From: Yuukianura sp. NJ FZ-2021 | Lineage: Eukaryota | Length of the DNA stretch: 64,000 nucleotides | Assembly (NCBI GenBank): GCA_046563655.1 | Contig: CM102284.1 | Coordinates: 3,162,001-3,226,000, forward strand | Reading direction: 5' to 3' | Shown: positions 33,601 to 49,321 of the stretch, piece by piece | Numbering within the stretch: the stretch's first letter is position 1 | How the letters are laid out: each line of letters begins with the position of its first letter | Position numbers and translations under genes: made by a program | The notes under the pieces: generated by a model | Databases searched by the model: none | Seen by the model: only the letters and a program-made list of their open reading frames with translations | What the model was told of the DNA's origin: nothing

Positions 33601-36600
33601 AAGGGAGTATTCCTCATCTGGTCGTCTATTCCATTCCAGCTGAAACGTTAGTTATGCATACAGTTGAGTAATAAAACTGTTTCAACTGTCAATAGCTTGA
33701 AATACCGGTAAAGAATTACAAGACAGAGGCAATTTTCTTTTTTTTTCGTCATACCGTCAAATGTGTAACTCCAGCCTCTAACAACGTTGGAGGTGCTGGT
33801 TGAGCTGGTGGGCTTCCTGCCGTCATCACCGTTGTTGAGGGGCTGAAACGGCTGAAAACAGGGCATCATGTTAAAAACAAGCAATTATAATATGCAGTTA
33901 ATTCCTAGTTCTTTCAGCAGGCGTAACTTTTCTAACCTTTTCCCAATCTCATTGATGGCCGCTAGTCTGAATTGGTAAGAGTAAGCCGGTTGAAGGCGAG
34001 AAACAGTGCACTGCTTGTTCTTCCCTCTGTAGGCCTCCGTGAAATGGCTTCCTCCCTTTCCTTCGTCATATTCCAGTACATAAGCGGTGATTTTCGCTCC
34101 ATTGTCATTGGGGGCATTCCACTTGAAGGTCAGTGAGTTCCTGTTTCGAGTAATAGCTCGTGGAGAAGGGGGTGGATCCGGTTCCCCTGCTAATGTCGTG
34201 AAACTTGCCGGAGCTGACCGGACTCCTTTGACATCAAGTTTAGGGAGCATGACGCAATAGCTGATTGAGTAGCTTGTCCCTGGCTTCAAATCTTTTACGC
34301 GGCATGATAAGCCAGTTCCCAGGAAAATGGACTTAAACTGACTTTCAGGCCGAGAATTGTCGCCAATAAAAACTTCGTACCGAAAGTCATTGTCCGATAC
34401 TTCAAATTGTGCGACCTCCTTGGAACGATCTGGCATTTTCCACTTGATGAAGGCACTTTGACGGGTCACTTCGGTAACCTACTCAGAAGATTTAACCATA
34501 ATGTCAGTCAGCATATTCATTTCAAATGTTGTTTAGGTTTTTGATACTAAATACGTAAGAAGAATGTTAGACATTAAATAGTATTAAAGATGATTTTAGG
34601 GACTCACAACTGGAGGAGCAATTGATGACATCATATCAGTCAACAAGGTCAAGGTCGCTTCTACCTCGTCATCTTGCGTCCCACTTGAAGTGACACTGTC
34701 AGAACTTCCTATGCTTCCCTCCTCTTCGCCTACGCCGACCTTCGACATTCCATTCACTAGACTCCGCCGGATGCCATTGTTGTTGTTGTTGTTATACGCA
34801 TATTCTAGAGAAATAAGTAAATCGATAAGATCACTTGCAAAATGCACTACAAGCGAATAACAAAGCACTGCTTCTCACCGTTCTGGCTAATATAACCCCC
34901 GTTTTGAATGAAATGGTTCGGTTGCTCGTCCCTAGTTTTCTGGTCCAAGTTCCTAGGAAGCTTGCTGTACTGCGAGTGTACTGACTCATCTTTACATGGT
35001 GAAGGAATTCCACTCATTGGGCCTGATGATGAAGCCGGTCCTAAGACAATTAAACATTGCAATGAGTACCAAGATTTTTAGAATTTATATTTATTTGTGT
35101 CCTCGAAAAATGTCCTCTAACTATATTATACAAGTAAATACCGATTTTTATCGAAATCAGAATCCTCCTGGAAAAGGCATTAGCTAATTTCTACCTATAT
35201 TTTCTCGTCATAAATATAAAAACTGTGATACCTTGATTGGAATGTGTTACGCAAGCACTCTGTGTTTGTCCAAATGGCGGATGATATAAAGGCCCCGGTG
35301 GAAAGTATGGAAGATTTTGGCATCCCGCATTCTGAAAGATGACAGATTAAATGTTACTACATATTGAATAATATGAAAAATATGCTGAATACATTGAAGA
35401 GTATGAAAGATTATGTCGCAATCAATTAAAATATAATAAAAAAAATAACAAATGGCAAATGTCGTTTAGATGTATACCGTGACACTGACAGCTGGCAAGG
35501 CACTACTCTGAACGTTATTCGAATTCTTAGGAAGAAATTTTCTGACAATTATATCCTTTGCATCTTCTGATAAGTTAAAAATGTTGGAGATCGCCGGCGA
35601 ATATTCCTGTTCCATATTTTTCAGTTGTTACGCTTAGATTTGTAAGATCAATGGGTTTCAGTCACAAAAGAACTCGAAATACTTCCGATGGAGCAAACAC
35701 AGTTTTGTAGTTCCAATTTAAACACAGATTAACTACATGTTCGTTGGGATGTAGTGTCATGTCATGTCACTTCTAGACTCGAGTCGAGTCAGAGTGGCAG
35801 TGTGTGGGTGAGATATGAGATGAGTTGGAAAATTAATAAAAACAGGGAAACAGTATGAGGGGACAAATCACGTAAATTATAGACGGCAATAGTAGTTAAA
35901 TATTATAATAGTAAAGTGGTTGGCTGTTTTGACTGATTTGGAGGTAGAGTATAGATATTACGTATAGTATTGAGTGGTGGAAAAAAGAATCCAGTGGCAT
36001 TGTGGAACTTTATGTGCATGTTTGAATTGTAAAACTAAAATTAAAATTAACCGCAAATTGTATTTGTAACCATATAATTTTCCGCGACTCACGTATGAAG
36101 CAATAGGAATTACTGGTTGGTGAGAGACTATGACATGGCGCAGCGTGCCACTCTCATCGACGATTTGTTGAACGACATGTCCCGGTGGGACTTGCATCGG
36201 CAACGGAACGGGTGGACTGGAGGAATTAGTGCATACCATTGGAACTGTCATCGGACCTGGAATTTGTAAAACGAACTTGGTTAGTTATATGAGGAGTTAC
36301 TCCAATCTTGGTATCACCCTTTTAAGTATGCCAAGTTTAAAAAAAATTGAGAATATATATTGTCAATATTTTGCGGATTTACCGATCCGGAAAGGCTTTC
36401 ACACTTATCCTTTAGCCTCTTCCCAGACCGGGAAACGCCACATTAGAAAAAATAAAATCCTAACCTTTGATGATTTGACCATGGTCACCACCGCCGAAAC
36501 TGACGCTAACCCCAGGGTTAATATGAAAGAAGACTACGAACTGGCCAGGAACAGTTGGGAAGTGAGATAACATTGTTATTTCTGTAGATGGGGCTTCGAA

Positions 36601-37194
36601 GACGACATTGGGTGGATACTGAGCTGGTACGTGGTGATTGTTAGTTTGGTAGCTTGTAGCGGAACTCAACGATCCACTGCTACCACTATTTGGTGACAGA
36701 GAAGATGGAGAAGCATTTCTGGATACGGTGAACTGGGAGGCAGTATTCAGCGAACTTCCATTACCCGGTAAATCTTGTCCAGAGTTTGAAATGTAGGGCC
36801 CTCCACCCGGTGTCACAAGCATTGGAGAAGAACTACGGGAGTGACCAGCGGTAGAGTAGCCAGAACTTTCAGAAGTGGCGTTTCCAAAAAATGGAAGAAC
36901 AGTGGGGGGACACAGTGGATCCAGAGGAAATGGGAACAACACGGTTGGTAGCGGTGTCGTCAAAATGTTTCCGGTAGGTCCAACAGGAAGGTGACAAGAG
37001 GGTGGCGGTGGCGGAAGTGTCGGCAGAGGAAAGTTCATTGGAATCCCTGGCATGTTGTGATGATAAAATCCCCACGGCGGAATTTGATGGTCACATGCGG
37101 CAGCAATTGGGAAACGTAGACGATGTGAGTAGTTAGGATGTGGGCTCGTATATGTGTACGGCTGTTGATTATGGGCCCAAGGGGATGACGTCAT
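30608..37194 (-). CDS. FNDC3: Fibronectin type III domain-containing protein 3 (FNDC3/miles to go)
   Basis: Pro-rich N-terminus with PVPLPMQVPPGHVVQQIVDESGTLRHVIVS, a tandem array of FN3 repeats across many exons, last exon 30727-30608 encoding a tail anchor (VGLMAVIALIFLAIIISLV). Probable 5'UTR exons extend to ~38450. Confidence 0.92.
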
Positions 37195-38856
37195 AGATAG
37201 ATAAAGTCCGCTCGCGTCTGCGCTTTAAGCCGTGACAAATAATATCGTTATGAGACGTTCCGGTAACTCCATCGAATAATACAGCGAGCTATACGTAACG
37301 GCATTTCATGTACCTGCAATAATAACATAAAGATACAAATAACACTAGTACAATACGGTGCGTTGACGTAAGAGCTAAGAACTACACCTAAACCTTAATA
37401 GCAATTTTATACAATTATTACTGTCGTGTGTCGTTTCCTAACGAAATGCAAATTAGTGAAATGGAATCGCAAACGAACGTTAGTTATTAGTTTTTGCTTT
37501 TCCTTTTTTTTAAACTCTGAAATCCTTTTTTGCAACCATTTCCCCCCGATAATTTAGGAAAAACTATTTTCGACTTTCGAGTTGTCCAAATCCAGATTTA
37601 AACCTTCAACGATGTGCGGATGTTTTATCATATCTAGTGCAAGGGAATTGTTAGTGCTACGGCAGTTTTTCCACAAAAAGCAACACAAGTATTACAAGTA
37701 TGTAAGTATAGTTAATTAATTGATGTTTTGGAAAAAAAAAGTTTTGTAAAGTAAAAACAGCGTCTGCTTTAATACTGCCGCAGCACTGCACTGGGGTGGG
37801 GGTGTCACGTTCCGTCAACCTGTTCACAGTTAAAACAGACGAACCTTACGACATTGCTAACAGTAACTGGTTAATAAAACTAAATTCGATCATTGTATAG
37901 TCTAAATTTCACCAAACCGTCAGAATTTGCATGATTGTACATGATGCAATGCAATTCAATTCCTTTTAAAGACACACGTAGAGACCCACCATATGTTTTC
38001 ATCCCTGTCAATACCACGTCAGCCTCTCGCCACTTTCGCTACAATTTGAAAAACAAATTCGGTGGCATCAGTATCCCGTTGACGTTTTACGTGAGCGGAG
38101 ATAAAATGAACGGAGAAACCTGGTTGAAATTGATAACCTGGTCAAACGTGATGACTGGTTTGATGTTACAACACAAATACAAAGTCCCCGAAAATTAAAA
38201 AATAAATATGAGTGTATTTGTTTTTTTTTTACCGTAATTATCCAAATATTCCATTATCGTCCTTTCTTTTAGGGTCGATACACTAAGCACTTGCAATTTG
38301 AAAACCTCTTCAGTGTCTATAAATCGAATTCTTTTTTAAGACATCAGTGAAATTTAAATGTTACACTTTACACATAAGGTTCTCTCTCAGGTTTTTTTTT
38401 CGTTTTTCAACCTTCCTACTAGTTAGTATGTTCTTTTACTGTCTTCTTGTTCGTAGAAAGGCAAGGCGAAATTGAGCGAACATGAGCCGATTCCCGATTC
38501 CGACTAAAAGGGGTGACGCAAGCATAGGCATAGGCAAATAATTCACCAGCTGTAAAACAGTTTTATTCTCGAAGAAGTCCTTCAAGAACTTACAAGCGAC
38601 ACAATTTTTAACGTAAAGTGTTCACTAACGTAAGAAGTAAACCACCAGAAATACCAGACTTCTTCCTATGAGGGATGACAATGACAGCGACGTCGATTAA
38701 CACAAGGCATGTCCACTGGGCATTGTCCAGTAAACAACACACGCAAGAAGCGGAATTTAATTAAAAAGCAACACATACAATTTATGTTCGAAGATTTTTT
38801 ACAACATAAACATTGGAATACGATCGCGATCAGAAAATTGGGGAGGCGTCGCCAGG

Positions 38857-38878
38857 TTTCTCGCGCATGCGCGAGAAA
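38857..38878. promoter_or_regulatory. Perfect 22-bp palindrome containing an NRF1/Erect-wing-type core
   Basis: TTTCTCGCGCATGCGCGAGAAA equals its own reverse complement; core GCGCATGCGC; lies upstream of the FNDC3 5' exons. Confidence 0.55.
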
Positions 38879-39195
38879 TACTTTGTGTACATTTCCCTCG
38901 GTAACTAACGTTTTAATCGAGTAACAACACCTAAATAGAACACCTAGTAAGGTGACATTTTAATCGAAAAATACCAAGCAGTACTACTAGCAGAGAGGAG
39001 TAGAAACAGAAGCAAGGTTTTTAAAAGTTTTAATAGATTTATATCACTAATACCTGTTGCGGACTTGTGAATTCGTCCTTGCTGTTTTGTTACTTTTATG
39101 TAGTGGTCCTTTTAAACCAGGATGCTACTTGGGAAAGGATGTATATAATCTTTGTAACCTAAGCTTAGAAAGAGTAGAGAACTTGAGTGGTGGTA

Positions 39196-41231
<2,036 letters not shown>

Positions 41232-41584
41232 TCTGCAAGGAATGAAATGGTTCTAGGAAAATCTTTCTTGTAGAGGCAGACACCGCACTTGGCTCACTAA
41301 CCAATTAACTGTTATTTTATTTCTTATTACACAGCCAATAATACCGTATGGGTATTATGGTCATTTTCTAACAAGAAAAATCGGGTCTGACTATTCCCCT
41401 GACATGCGTTTTTTCTCGTTGAGGTAAAGGAGAAAAAACACATGTCAGGGTAATCGTCAGACCCGATTTTTCTTTGACTATTATGGTACTTAAGGTACTG
41501 ACTACACACTCGTATCAAATACTATAAAAATACTTATAGTATGCAATTATGCAATTTTAAATGTATTAAACGTATCGATGATAT

Positions 41585-42010
41585 GTAGATGTGTTAAATA
41601 TTGAGCAATAACAAATTGGATTGGTATGGACTTAGGAAATCCCGTGTGGCTACACCAACTGCACCCTTGGTTTGCTTCAACCGGTTGTGCACAAAAACAC
41701 AACTGAATTCAGGCGGATTTAGAGAATGGGATGAGGATGAGGATGAGCATGAGGATGAGGAATCGAGACGTCTCGATTTCACACATCAAAAAAATACATA
41801 TGAGGCGAACTACATCTCAAATCGAGACGATTTGTGTGTTGTGTTTTTATTTTCATACGTCTCGAATGTCACACATCAGGTTCCTGTTGTGTTTTTTTTT
41901 TATTTGAGACGGGTTTATTTTCACACATCTCGATTCCTGTTGTGTTTATGTGATGTCTGATTTCAGATGTGTCGATTTTGACACATCAGGAAATCCAGAT
42001 GTAATTCTGC
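41585..42010. repeat. Cluster of CACATC/GATGTG motifs in both orientations, probable non-autonomous transposon fragment
   Basis: Repeated CACACATC, TACATCTC, GATGTGT and GAGACG words, small hairpin GATGTGTCGATTTTGACACATC; no credible ORF. Confidence 0.45.
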
Positions 42011-42111
42011 GGAGGAATATTGCGCCTTTTCTCCCCTCATAGTTATGCGCGGTTTGTCTTTCCGGATTTTGACGTGACGAAAACGGAGGAGAACTACCAC
42101 GGACTTCAGCT

Positions 42112-44013
42112 TCACTTCACGTCAGACCGGCATTTGCGGCAAACAAAAAACACACTCTTGTAACTGTAGGAAAGCATAGAGTGCACATTCCTCGCAAATT
42201 CAGTCGGTACGTCAACGGTTTCCTTCTGTAACGAATGTCATATCATACATTCAATATCGTAAAAAATGCAGTTTCGATGTGATATAATCTTGGAATTAAA
42301 TCGTTTAACTCAATGGCCAATTTTTGTCACCTCCAATTTGAAGCCAAATCCCTGAATAATAGGCATCAGGAAGTCATATGATGGTTCTATCGAGTTTCCG
42401 TCCTGGAGATCAGCATAATGGTAGAGCAATGGACCCAAATTTATCCAAATTCCCCCTTCCTCCAAAATTTCATAGATCCTTTCCACGAACGCAACAATGT
42501 TGGTGGCACAGTCAATAAAGAAGGAGGTTGCAACACATTGCCAGGCACCGACATTTTCAGCCGTTGCGTATACCTCCTAGTAAAATTAAACGTATACCAA
42601 TCTTTAGAGAAATACTTGATCTAGTATTATTTTTTACCAAGAAGTCACCAGCAACCATCGAGAACTGCACGTCAGGCAAAAGATCCGAGGGATCCACATC
42701 AGGAAAAATCATTGGCCTGAAATAAACCGTAAAGTTACATGATCTGAAATAGGCCCAAGTAATGAATAGAATGCCTCTAGATGGGTGCAGATGAGCCTCG
42801 CTCGCTTAGCACCCCTCGCTGACTTAAACATGTTGTAACTTACCGCAGTTGATGGTCGTGATGCAAAACGTTAATTGACTCATTTATCCATGGGTAGCAC
42901 GTAAACAATTCGGATCCTGCGCACTTATTAAGCACAAAATTTGAAGCCAACAGCATAAACATGCTGAACTCATTCCCTTGAGTTGAATAACCTCTTTTTA
43001 CGATCTCGTGAGCAAGTCGACCTGTACCGGTTCCAGGTACGAGAATTTTTATAGTATGTTTGCATCTGCAAAGTTAGCGTATATTTTTAGAATCCTATCC
43101 TAATGTTCCTATCCTAACCTTTGATACTTACAGTAAGACTTACTTGACGTGCTTGAATTGACTTTCAATTTCATTTATGATAGGCTGGTAACATGAAAGA
43201 CGCTCACCCTCTCCCTCCACTGACCAATCGCGGCAAAGTTGTTTCATTACTGACTGCAATTTATCGTAGTCTGCTGGGGTTGGTTCCTCTGGTGCTAATA
43301 CGATTCCCTGCAAGATAAACAAAAATATACCCTCGTATACGTCAATATGTCTAACCTCACGCTCACGTTTAGAGATCCATAGATTTCCATTTGATTCTCA
43401 TACACATCCCCTGCAGAATCAACCATCAAACGGAAAAGGTTTTGGTTCACATCGATCAAAGGCATTAACGACTGAAGGTGAGCTCTGTAGTCTCGAAGCA
43501 GAGACTGATGTTTTGGAGGAAGCGTATCTACGTAATCCATCGTCCGGTTAACCTTCCTCAATGCATGAGTCCTGCAAGATTTCAGAAAATACAAAGTAAT
43601 GTGGATGCGGGTCCAGCTCACATACAGGGGCAGTGGAATGTCGACCCGACGTACAATGCATAATATACCGTACATTTGTTTGCTAACTATAACGAATTTG
43701 ACTCTTCTGCTTTTTTCTACTTTGCTGAGAAAAAAAGTTTTCAAGTTAAGACGACACGAGTTGTATTGTACATATTACGCGCCCAACATATTATTACGAA
43801 CTTAATAAATTTCCCCACTTTAGCGTAATTGTAACCAATGCTGGCTTACCCGTAAGTTTTAAACGTTTTTATTACTTTTCCAAATAGTTTCCTCTCTTCC
43901 TCCCGTTCTCCATCCATCACTCGTCGTTGCTTACTTCCATGTCCATGGGCAACAGTTGAATGTGTTTCCGAATTTGACGGACGACCCAATTCATGGCCGA
44001 CATGTTTATTCAT
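42112..44013 (-). CDS. CARNMT1: Carnosine N-methyltransferase (N2227 family)
   Basis: [69 protein letters not shown], final exon ..[19 protein letters not shown] at 44013. Confidence 0.92.
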
Positions 44014-44364
44014 TTTTACGCTGAGTGGTTCCAAACAATTCTTCTATTATCTAGTATTATTTCACTTCAAGTCCCGGTCCCGACCCGACTGAAATAGTTA
44101 AGTGAATCCGATTAATGACAAAGAGTCTTCCGTCTTCCTCAATTTTAACCGGGGTTTCACACCACCCGACTAATCCTGTGAATTTAGCGGAACTTGCAAA
44201 CATTAAGATGATTTAACGGCGAGGAGGCACCGATTGTACACTAATGTTCATTAATCCTTACCTCAACCAAAGTTGGTAAACAAAGTTTCTTTAGTTTGTA
44301 AAGTTTGTAAAACAGGTGATTCATAGCTACTTAGTAAAGTAACGTCTTACGTAGAGTTTAAGCA

Positions 44365-45696
44365 ATGAATTTTAGTGAATCTGCTGGGAAGCGTAAACAT
44401 CTTACGAAGGTTAAGAAATTTAGAGGAACTGGGTAAGAGTTAGCTATGGAATAATTTTAAGCGGCCATGTCAGGCCAAGCGGTCTGATAGGAAGAGGGTA
44501 TGAGCGGATATATACTACATTTCTTCTGTCTTTCGAATGTCGCTTACGTGCGTGTGTTTTTCCAGGTTGAAAATTGTAGATGACACAGAAAATGCTACCT
44601 CGCTGAGTACTAGTATCGGGAAACGGAAACAACAAATCCTTCCAGAATCAGCATCCGATGATGAAGCCGATGAGCTACCCGTTTTTGTTGGGGTGGTAGA
44701 TGAACGACCACTGGAAGTTCAAGCATTAGAAGAATTTAAAGTGGAAAGCAAATGGAAGAAGGTGGGAAACAGCAATGAAGCAGAGCGTGATGCAATGCTT
44801 CCCCACAACACGAGCAAAATGGGCAAAACTTTGGACGGGAAACAAGCGGGACTGCAAAGAGCATCGGCATTGCGCGATGAAATGATTGAGCATCGCAAAC
44901 GGGAAACACGTTTCTTCGAAAGCGTAAGTTCAAGGATTTAGCATTTGGACTGAAATCCAATGATACATCTTAATTATATGAAATGGTTTAATATTTTGTA
45001 GCTGGACGAGAGTGTTTCAGGACAAAACGCCAAGACAGTTTTCCGTGAAAGGAAGACGGGAACGAAGCGAGACTTAGAGGCAGAAGCCATATCAAATAAA
45101 AAGAAAGAGAAATTAATCGAGAAGCGTGCAGAACAGTACAACAAATGGGGAAAAGGGTAAGAAATCGGTTTACGCATTATAAACAGCATGTAGTATGAAA
45201 ACCTGTGTAAGACACTCTTCTGACACTTGTTATAATCTGGATTAATTCGGTGTTCCAGGTTAAAGCAAGTAGAAGAGCGTGAGGATAGAATATCGTCCAC
45301 GTTGCATGAGATGGCGAAGCCTTTAGCCCGATACAAAGACGACGATGATCTCGAACGGTTTTTAAAAGATCAGGACCGAGATGGAGATCCGATGCTCAAG
45401 TTTCTTTCAAAAAACTCGAAACAATCTGGTAATGTTTTGTTAACCGCATTAATTGTTTCATGGGATCAAAATATTTCCGTTTGAGTAAGGATCCAAAATT
45501 AAATAGTATCCATATTACAGGTAAGCCTACCTACAGCGGACCACCTCCTCCGCCAAACCGCTTCCACATCCCACCAGGATGTCGCTGGGATGGAGTTGAC
45601 CGTTCTAACGGCTACGAGAAGGAATATTTCAGCAAAATCAATACGCGTAAAGCTTTGGACGAAGAAGCTTATAAGTGGAGCGTGGAGGACCTATAA
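44365..45696 (+). CDS. BUD13: BUD13 homolog (RES splicing complex), compact form of ~308 aa
   Basis: Exons 44365-44432, 44566-44923, 45002-45156, 45259-45428, 45521-45696; [65 protein letters not shown]. Confidence 0.93.
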
Positions 45697-45981
45697 ACTG
45701 TTATGATAAATACTAAGAGCAAAACACCAACAGCAAATAGCGTCTAATTCAATTTTGATTTTTGAAGATTTTTCTCAGGAGACTCTTTAAGTCCGCTGGT
45801 TCACTGATCATGAGAACCAAAGCAAAAATTGAGCCGCTGTTAGAAGTATTTTCAGACTTGTCGTAAAATCTACATAAATTTAAAGCACGATAACATATTG
45901 GTAGTTGACAATTTAATTTCCTCTTTTTTGTTGAACGTTACTCAATTTTAATAAAATGCCTAAAGCGTGTCAATAATACTT

Positions 45982-47754
45982 TTAATGGCGGAGATCTTCG
46001 ACTATGATGTACCGCGTTGACTCGAAGAAGGCATGATTCGCATCTACAAAATAAGGTTCCTGGAAAATCGAGACAGTGTCAGCATAATTTCGTTAGCGCT
46101 CAGACATTTTTGTTCAAAGGCTTCCTTACATCTAGTTGGTGATGCGGATGAAATCCACTGTCCACGCACTTCTGAAGAGCTTCCATCCCAGGCCCAGTCA
46201 GAGTGAAAACGTTACATCTGAAAGGACGAAAGGAGTGATAGGTTAAGTTCGGAAGGATTTCAGTAAACTGAAGTTAGAATTCTTCCAGTTATAAGAATCT
46301 AAATCTTACTCTTCTTTAGAAGGAGAGACGACAATGGCAATAGACTCTGCCAACATGAGTTGGTAGGGAAGCTGTGAGTGGAGATCAACTGACGAGAGAA
46401 ATGAAGTCTGTGTGGGGTGGGTATGAATCCAACCGAGCTGAATTAGTGAGTACTAAAAAGAAGAAGGATACGTTTCATATTCAATCCAGAGGTTAAGTAA
46501 TCTAATCAATTAAAAGTTCGTTTTTACAACCTTGTCGATAATATTGTAAATCTCCTCCTCGTTGAGTGTAGTACAAGAATCCGGAGTTCCTGTTTGCTTT
46601 GGAATCACTAAATGCGTAATCACAAGTTGATCTCGAATCTGGAAGCAAACACATAACGGTACATCCAAAAATTGTCAACGATACATGATACCGGCATTAT
46701 TAGTTCGCAGATACGTAAAAAAAAATGCGTAACTCACAACTTTCCCACATAATACTCCACAGGTTTCGATATTTTTTGACGTATTTGTAGAGGCGAGCGA
46801 CGTGAACTTCGAGATAAGGTCACCAGGAATAATAACAGTTCTAAGGGAATCTGTCCCCATCGGCGTCTGGAACCTACTTGGCTTACTACGACGATCAAAC
46901 TGCGGTTGTTGTGTTGAAGAATTGGGCTTGGCTCGGCTGCCATTCTATAATTTAGTAACCAAAAACAATACGTTGTCTAAAGTTTGTAACGTTCTCAAAA
47001 AAAAATTGCATTCTCTCCTCCGCTTACTAAGATGTTCGTGTCACTAATGACGTTGTAATCGTAATTCACTCCTTTAAGAGCCGAAGCAGAAGGTATGGAA
47101 TGTGTAGCAGAGGAAGCTAAAGTTGTATTGCCGCCTGGTGATGCTGAACGGTGCGATGAAGTAAAGCTTTGGGAAGAAGCAGATACAGGTGAAAACGATG
47201 TAGATGACGTTCTATTTTGCTCCAATCTCTTCCGTTCAGCCTCAAGCTTTTCATCTTCCAGCTTCTTTTGTCTTAAGGCTTCAGCATATTCCCTTTGATA
47301 CTGAACAAGGAGTTCGGTTTTTACCTTCTCGGCCATTGATAGAACACGTTTACACGTTGTCCGCATCTCTCGTTTCTCTTCATCAGGAACATCTTTATAG
47401 CCTGGGTGATTTTTCAGTTTCTCTAAGCTTAACCTGGGCAGCATGATTCATTGACGTTAGTGACGGATTAATTTTCATGCTTAAATTATGTAAAAGTAAG
47501 TTGCCCGTAATAGTAAAGGTATAATAGAATAAGATTTAACTGATTTCTTCTTACGTCAGGTATCGCATGTACAGAAGGTATGCAGCTTCGCAATTGTGGT
47601 CGTCGTAGTATGTGTCTGCTGTCCTAATAAGTTGTTTCGCAGTACGAACATACTGAATAACCTTAACTCCAGGGTTTACCTCAACAACCGATTTATCAGC
47701 CAGTGCCTTCACTCTGGCTTCAGGTGTAAAGAGAAGGATGTCGTTCCCAGACAT
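45982..47754 (-). CDS. STAMBP: STAM-binding protein / AMSH JAMM deubiquitinase
   Basis: N-terminal MIT-like domain ([29 protein letters not shown]), JAMM domain [36 protein letters not shown], ending VEDLRH*. Confidence 0.94.
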
Positions 47755-48097
47755 AAATCGAACTGAAACCAAATGCAGTTTCAATTAAAAATATACCCAA
47801 TCTCCGTCTCCGTCAATGTTATTGCGGTTGTCCAATTTCTTTAGTGTTCAGTTTAGTAACAACAATTAGTACCTTAGAGGATTGAATTTGGCAAAACGTA
47901 TAAATTAGAAGAACCGACAGTTCCGACGCTTGAACGAATTAACGTAATCAACAGCACCCAATGTAAAGAGGAACGATTTAACCTTATTAAGTTATTAATG
48001 TTTCTGAGACTGACCAACCCTGAGAATTGTCGGAACTTTACATTTTACAATATGCAATTTTATATCAGCTGGTTTGATGAATGTAAGGAATGACGAC

Positions 48098-48420
48098 CCT
48101 AATTGTTGCCAAACAGCCACATTTTGTGGCTACTTACTACCCCTGAAGGAACGTAGCTCCCAGTTACCCTAACATAACCTAGCGTCGCAACATCAATTGC
48201 CACAATGCCACACAAATTTTGCCACACATTTGCCACACAACTGGCTAAATAGCACACTGGCTGTTGTAACCGTACCGCAACCGTAATATTGGTAGAGAAC
48301 AGGCTGTGACAAATGGTTAAATATGGCCTCACATATTCTTCGAGCTTCGTAGGCCACATTGGATGAACTTGGCCACGGTTTCCAAATTTCTGACGTTTCA
48401 TGGTCATTTGCTAATTGCTA
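48098..48420. repeat. GCCAC(A)-rich motif cluster, probable transposon subterminal fragment
   Basis: Repeated GCCACA/TGGC words (e.g. TTGCCACAATGCCACACAAATTTTGCCACACATTTGCCACACAACTGGC) in an intergenic gap. Confidence 0.45.
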
Positions 48421-48681
48421 TACCCACGATGCAATGATTAACACCGACTTAAATGGTTAAGCATTCAACGTAGTTTATGGAGCAGCGAGCTTTTATTCAT
48501 AGGCGCTTGTGATATGATTTTACATCCAACGCTAGGTAACAGGGGAGATCCGACAAATCAATTCTTAAATTATTAATGAAAGTGATGACTGAAATATATT
48601 TTGTATCATGTTTTCTTGCGAATTCATAAATTTATTGTAACATCGAATACTCCTCGCGACTACAAGCCAGTTCATACACAA

Positions 48682-49321
48682 TTAAATGATGACCTCAAAG
48701 TCTCCCAACTCTTCTTCCGTTGGTAGGTTAATGTTTTCAGGCGGCACTAGGTTTGGGTCGATGTGCGGCAGCCCTAGTGCTTCTCGACGTGCAATTTCTA
48801 TAAAGGCTTCACGCTGACTCCAATCCGAATATTTTATGTCCGGCATATACGCCAACAAAAATCCGAAAACGACTAATCCAAGTGTGACGGTTGTGAACAT
48901 TACATAGTTAGCGGCAGCTCTGTCCGCTTCTTCACTCTGGAACTCAAAACCGAATGACCTCCAGTATTTCTTCTGCACAAAAACGAAATTCGTTATTAGT
49001 TTCAAATTCTGTTGTGCTATTTGAATCAGGGAATACATACTAAATTGGATTGAAGGGTCAAACCTTTTTCCCCGATACGTTAGTTGGATCCACGTCACTG
49101 CTCGTGCTCGTCGTTTCAGATCCCGAAGATGCATATTTAATTATACGAGATGTGGAGAATGAGGCGCAAGACGGATTTATCAAACGATCCTGCGAAAATC
49201 TGATTATGCGTGGCGACGAAAGCAACGGATTAGCAATTATGGGATTCGAAATCCTTAGCAATAGGGCGACGTCCTTGTTCAACTTGCTAATGCCAATATA
49301 CCGCATTAACTGAAGGGACAT
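48682..49321 (-). CDS. NDUFB11: NADH dehydrogenase 1 beta subcomplex subunit 11 (ESSS/NP15.6)
   Basis: Two exons; basic presequence-like N-terminus, KYWRSFGF..D, TM segment, YMPD..DWSQREAFIEIARREALGLPHIDPNLVPPENINLP. Confidence 0.92.

Noticed and set aside
41601-41960. 119-aa ORF with acidic run
   Set aside because: Acidic run comes from a GAGGAT microsatellite within a repeat fragment; non-ATG start.
46330-46440. Apparent divergence in the STAMBP JAMM region (DLHSQ instead of DLHTH)
   Set aside because: Catalytic HxH..S..D and the second-zinc His, Cys and HxH ligands are retained; no sign of inactivation.
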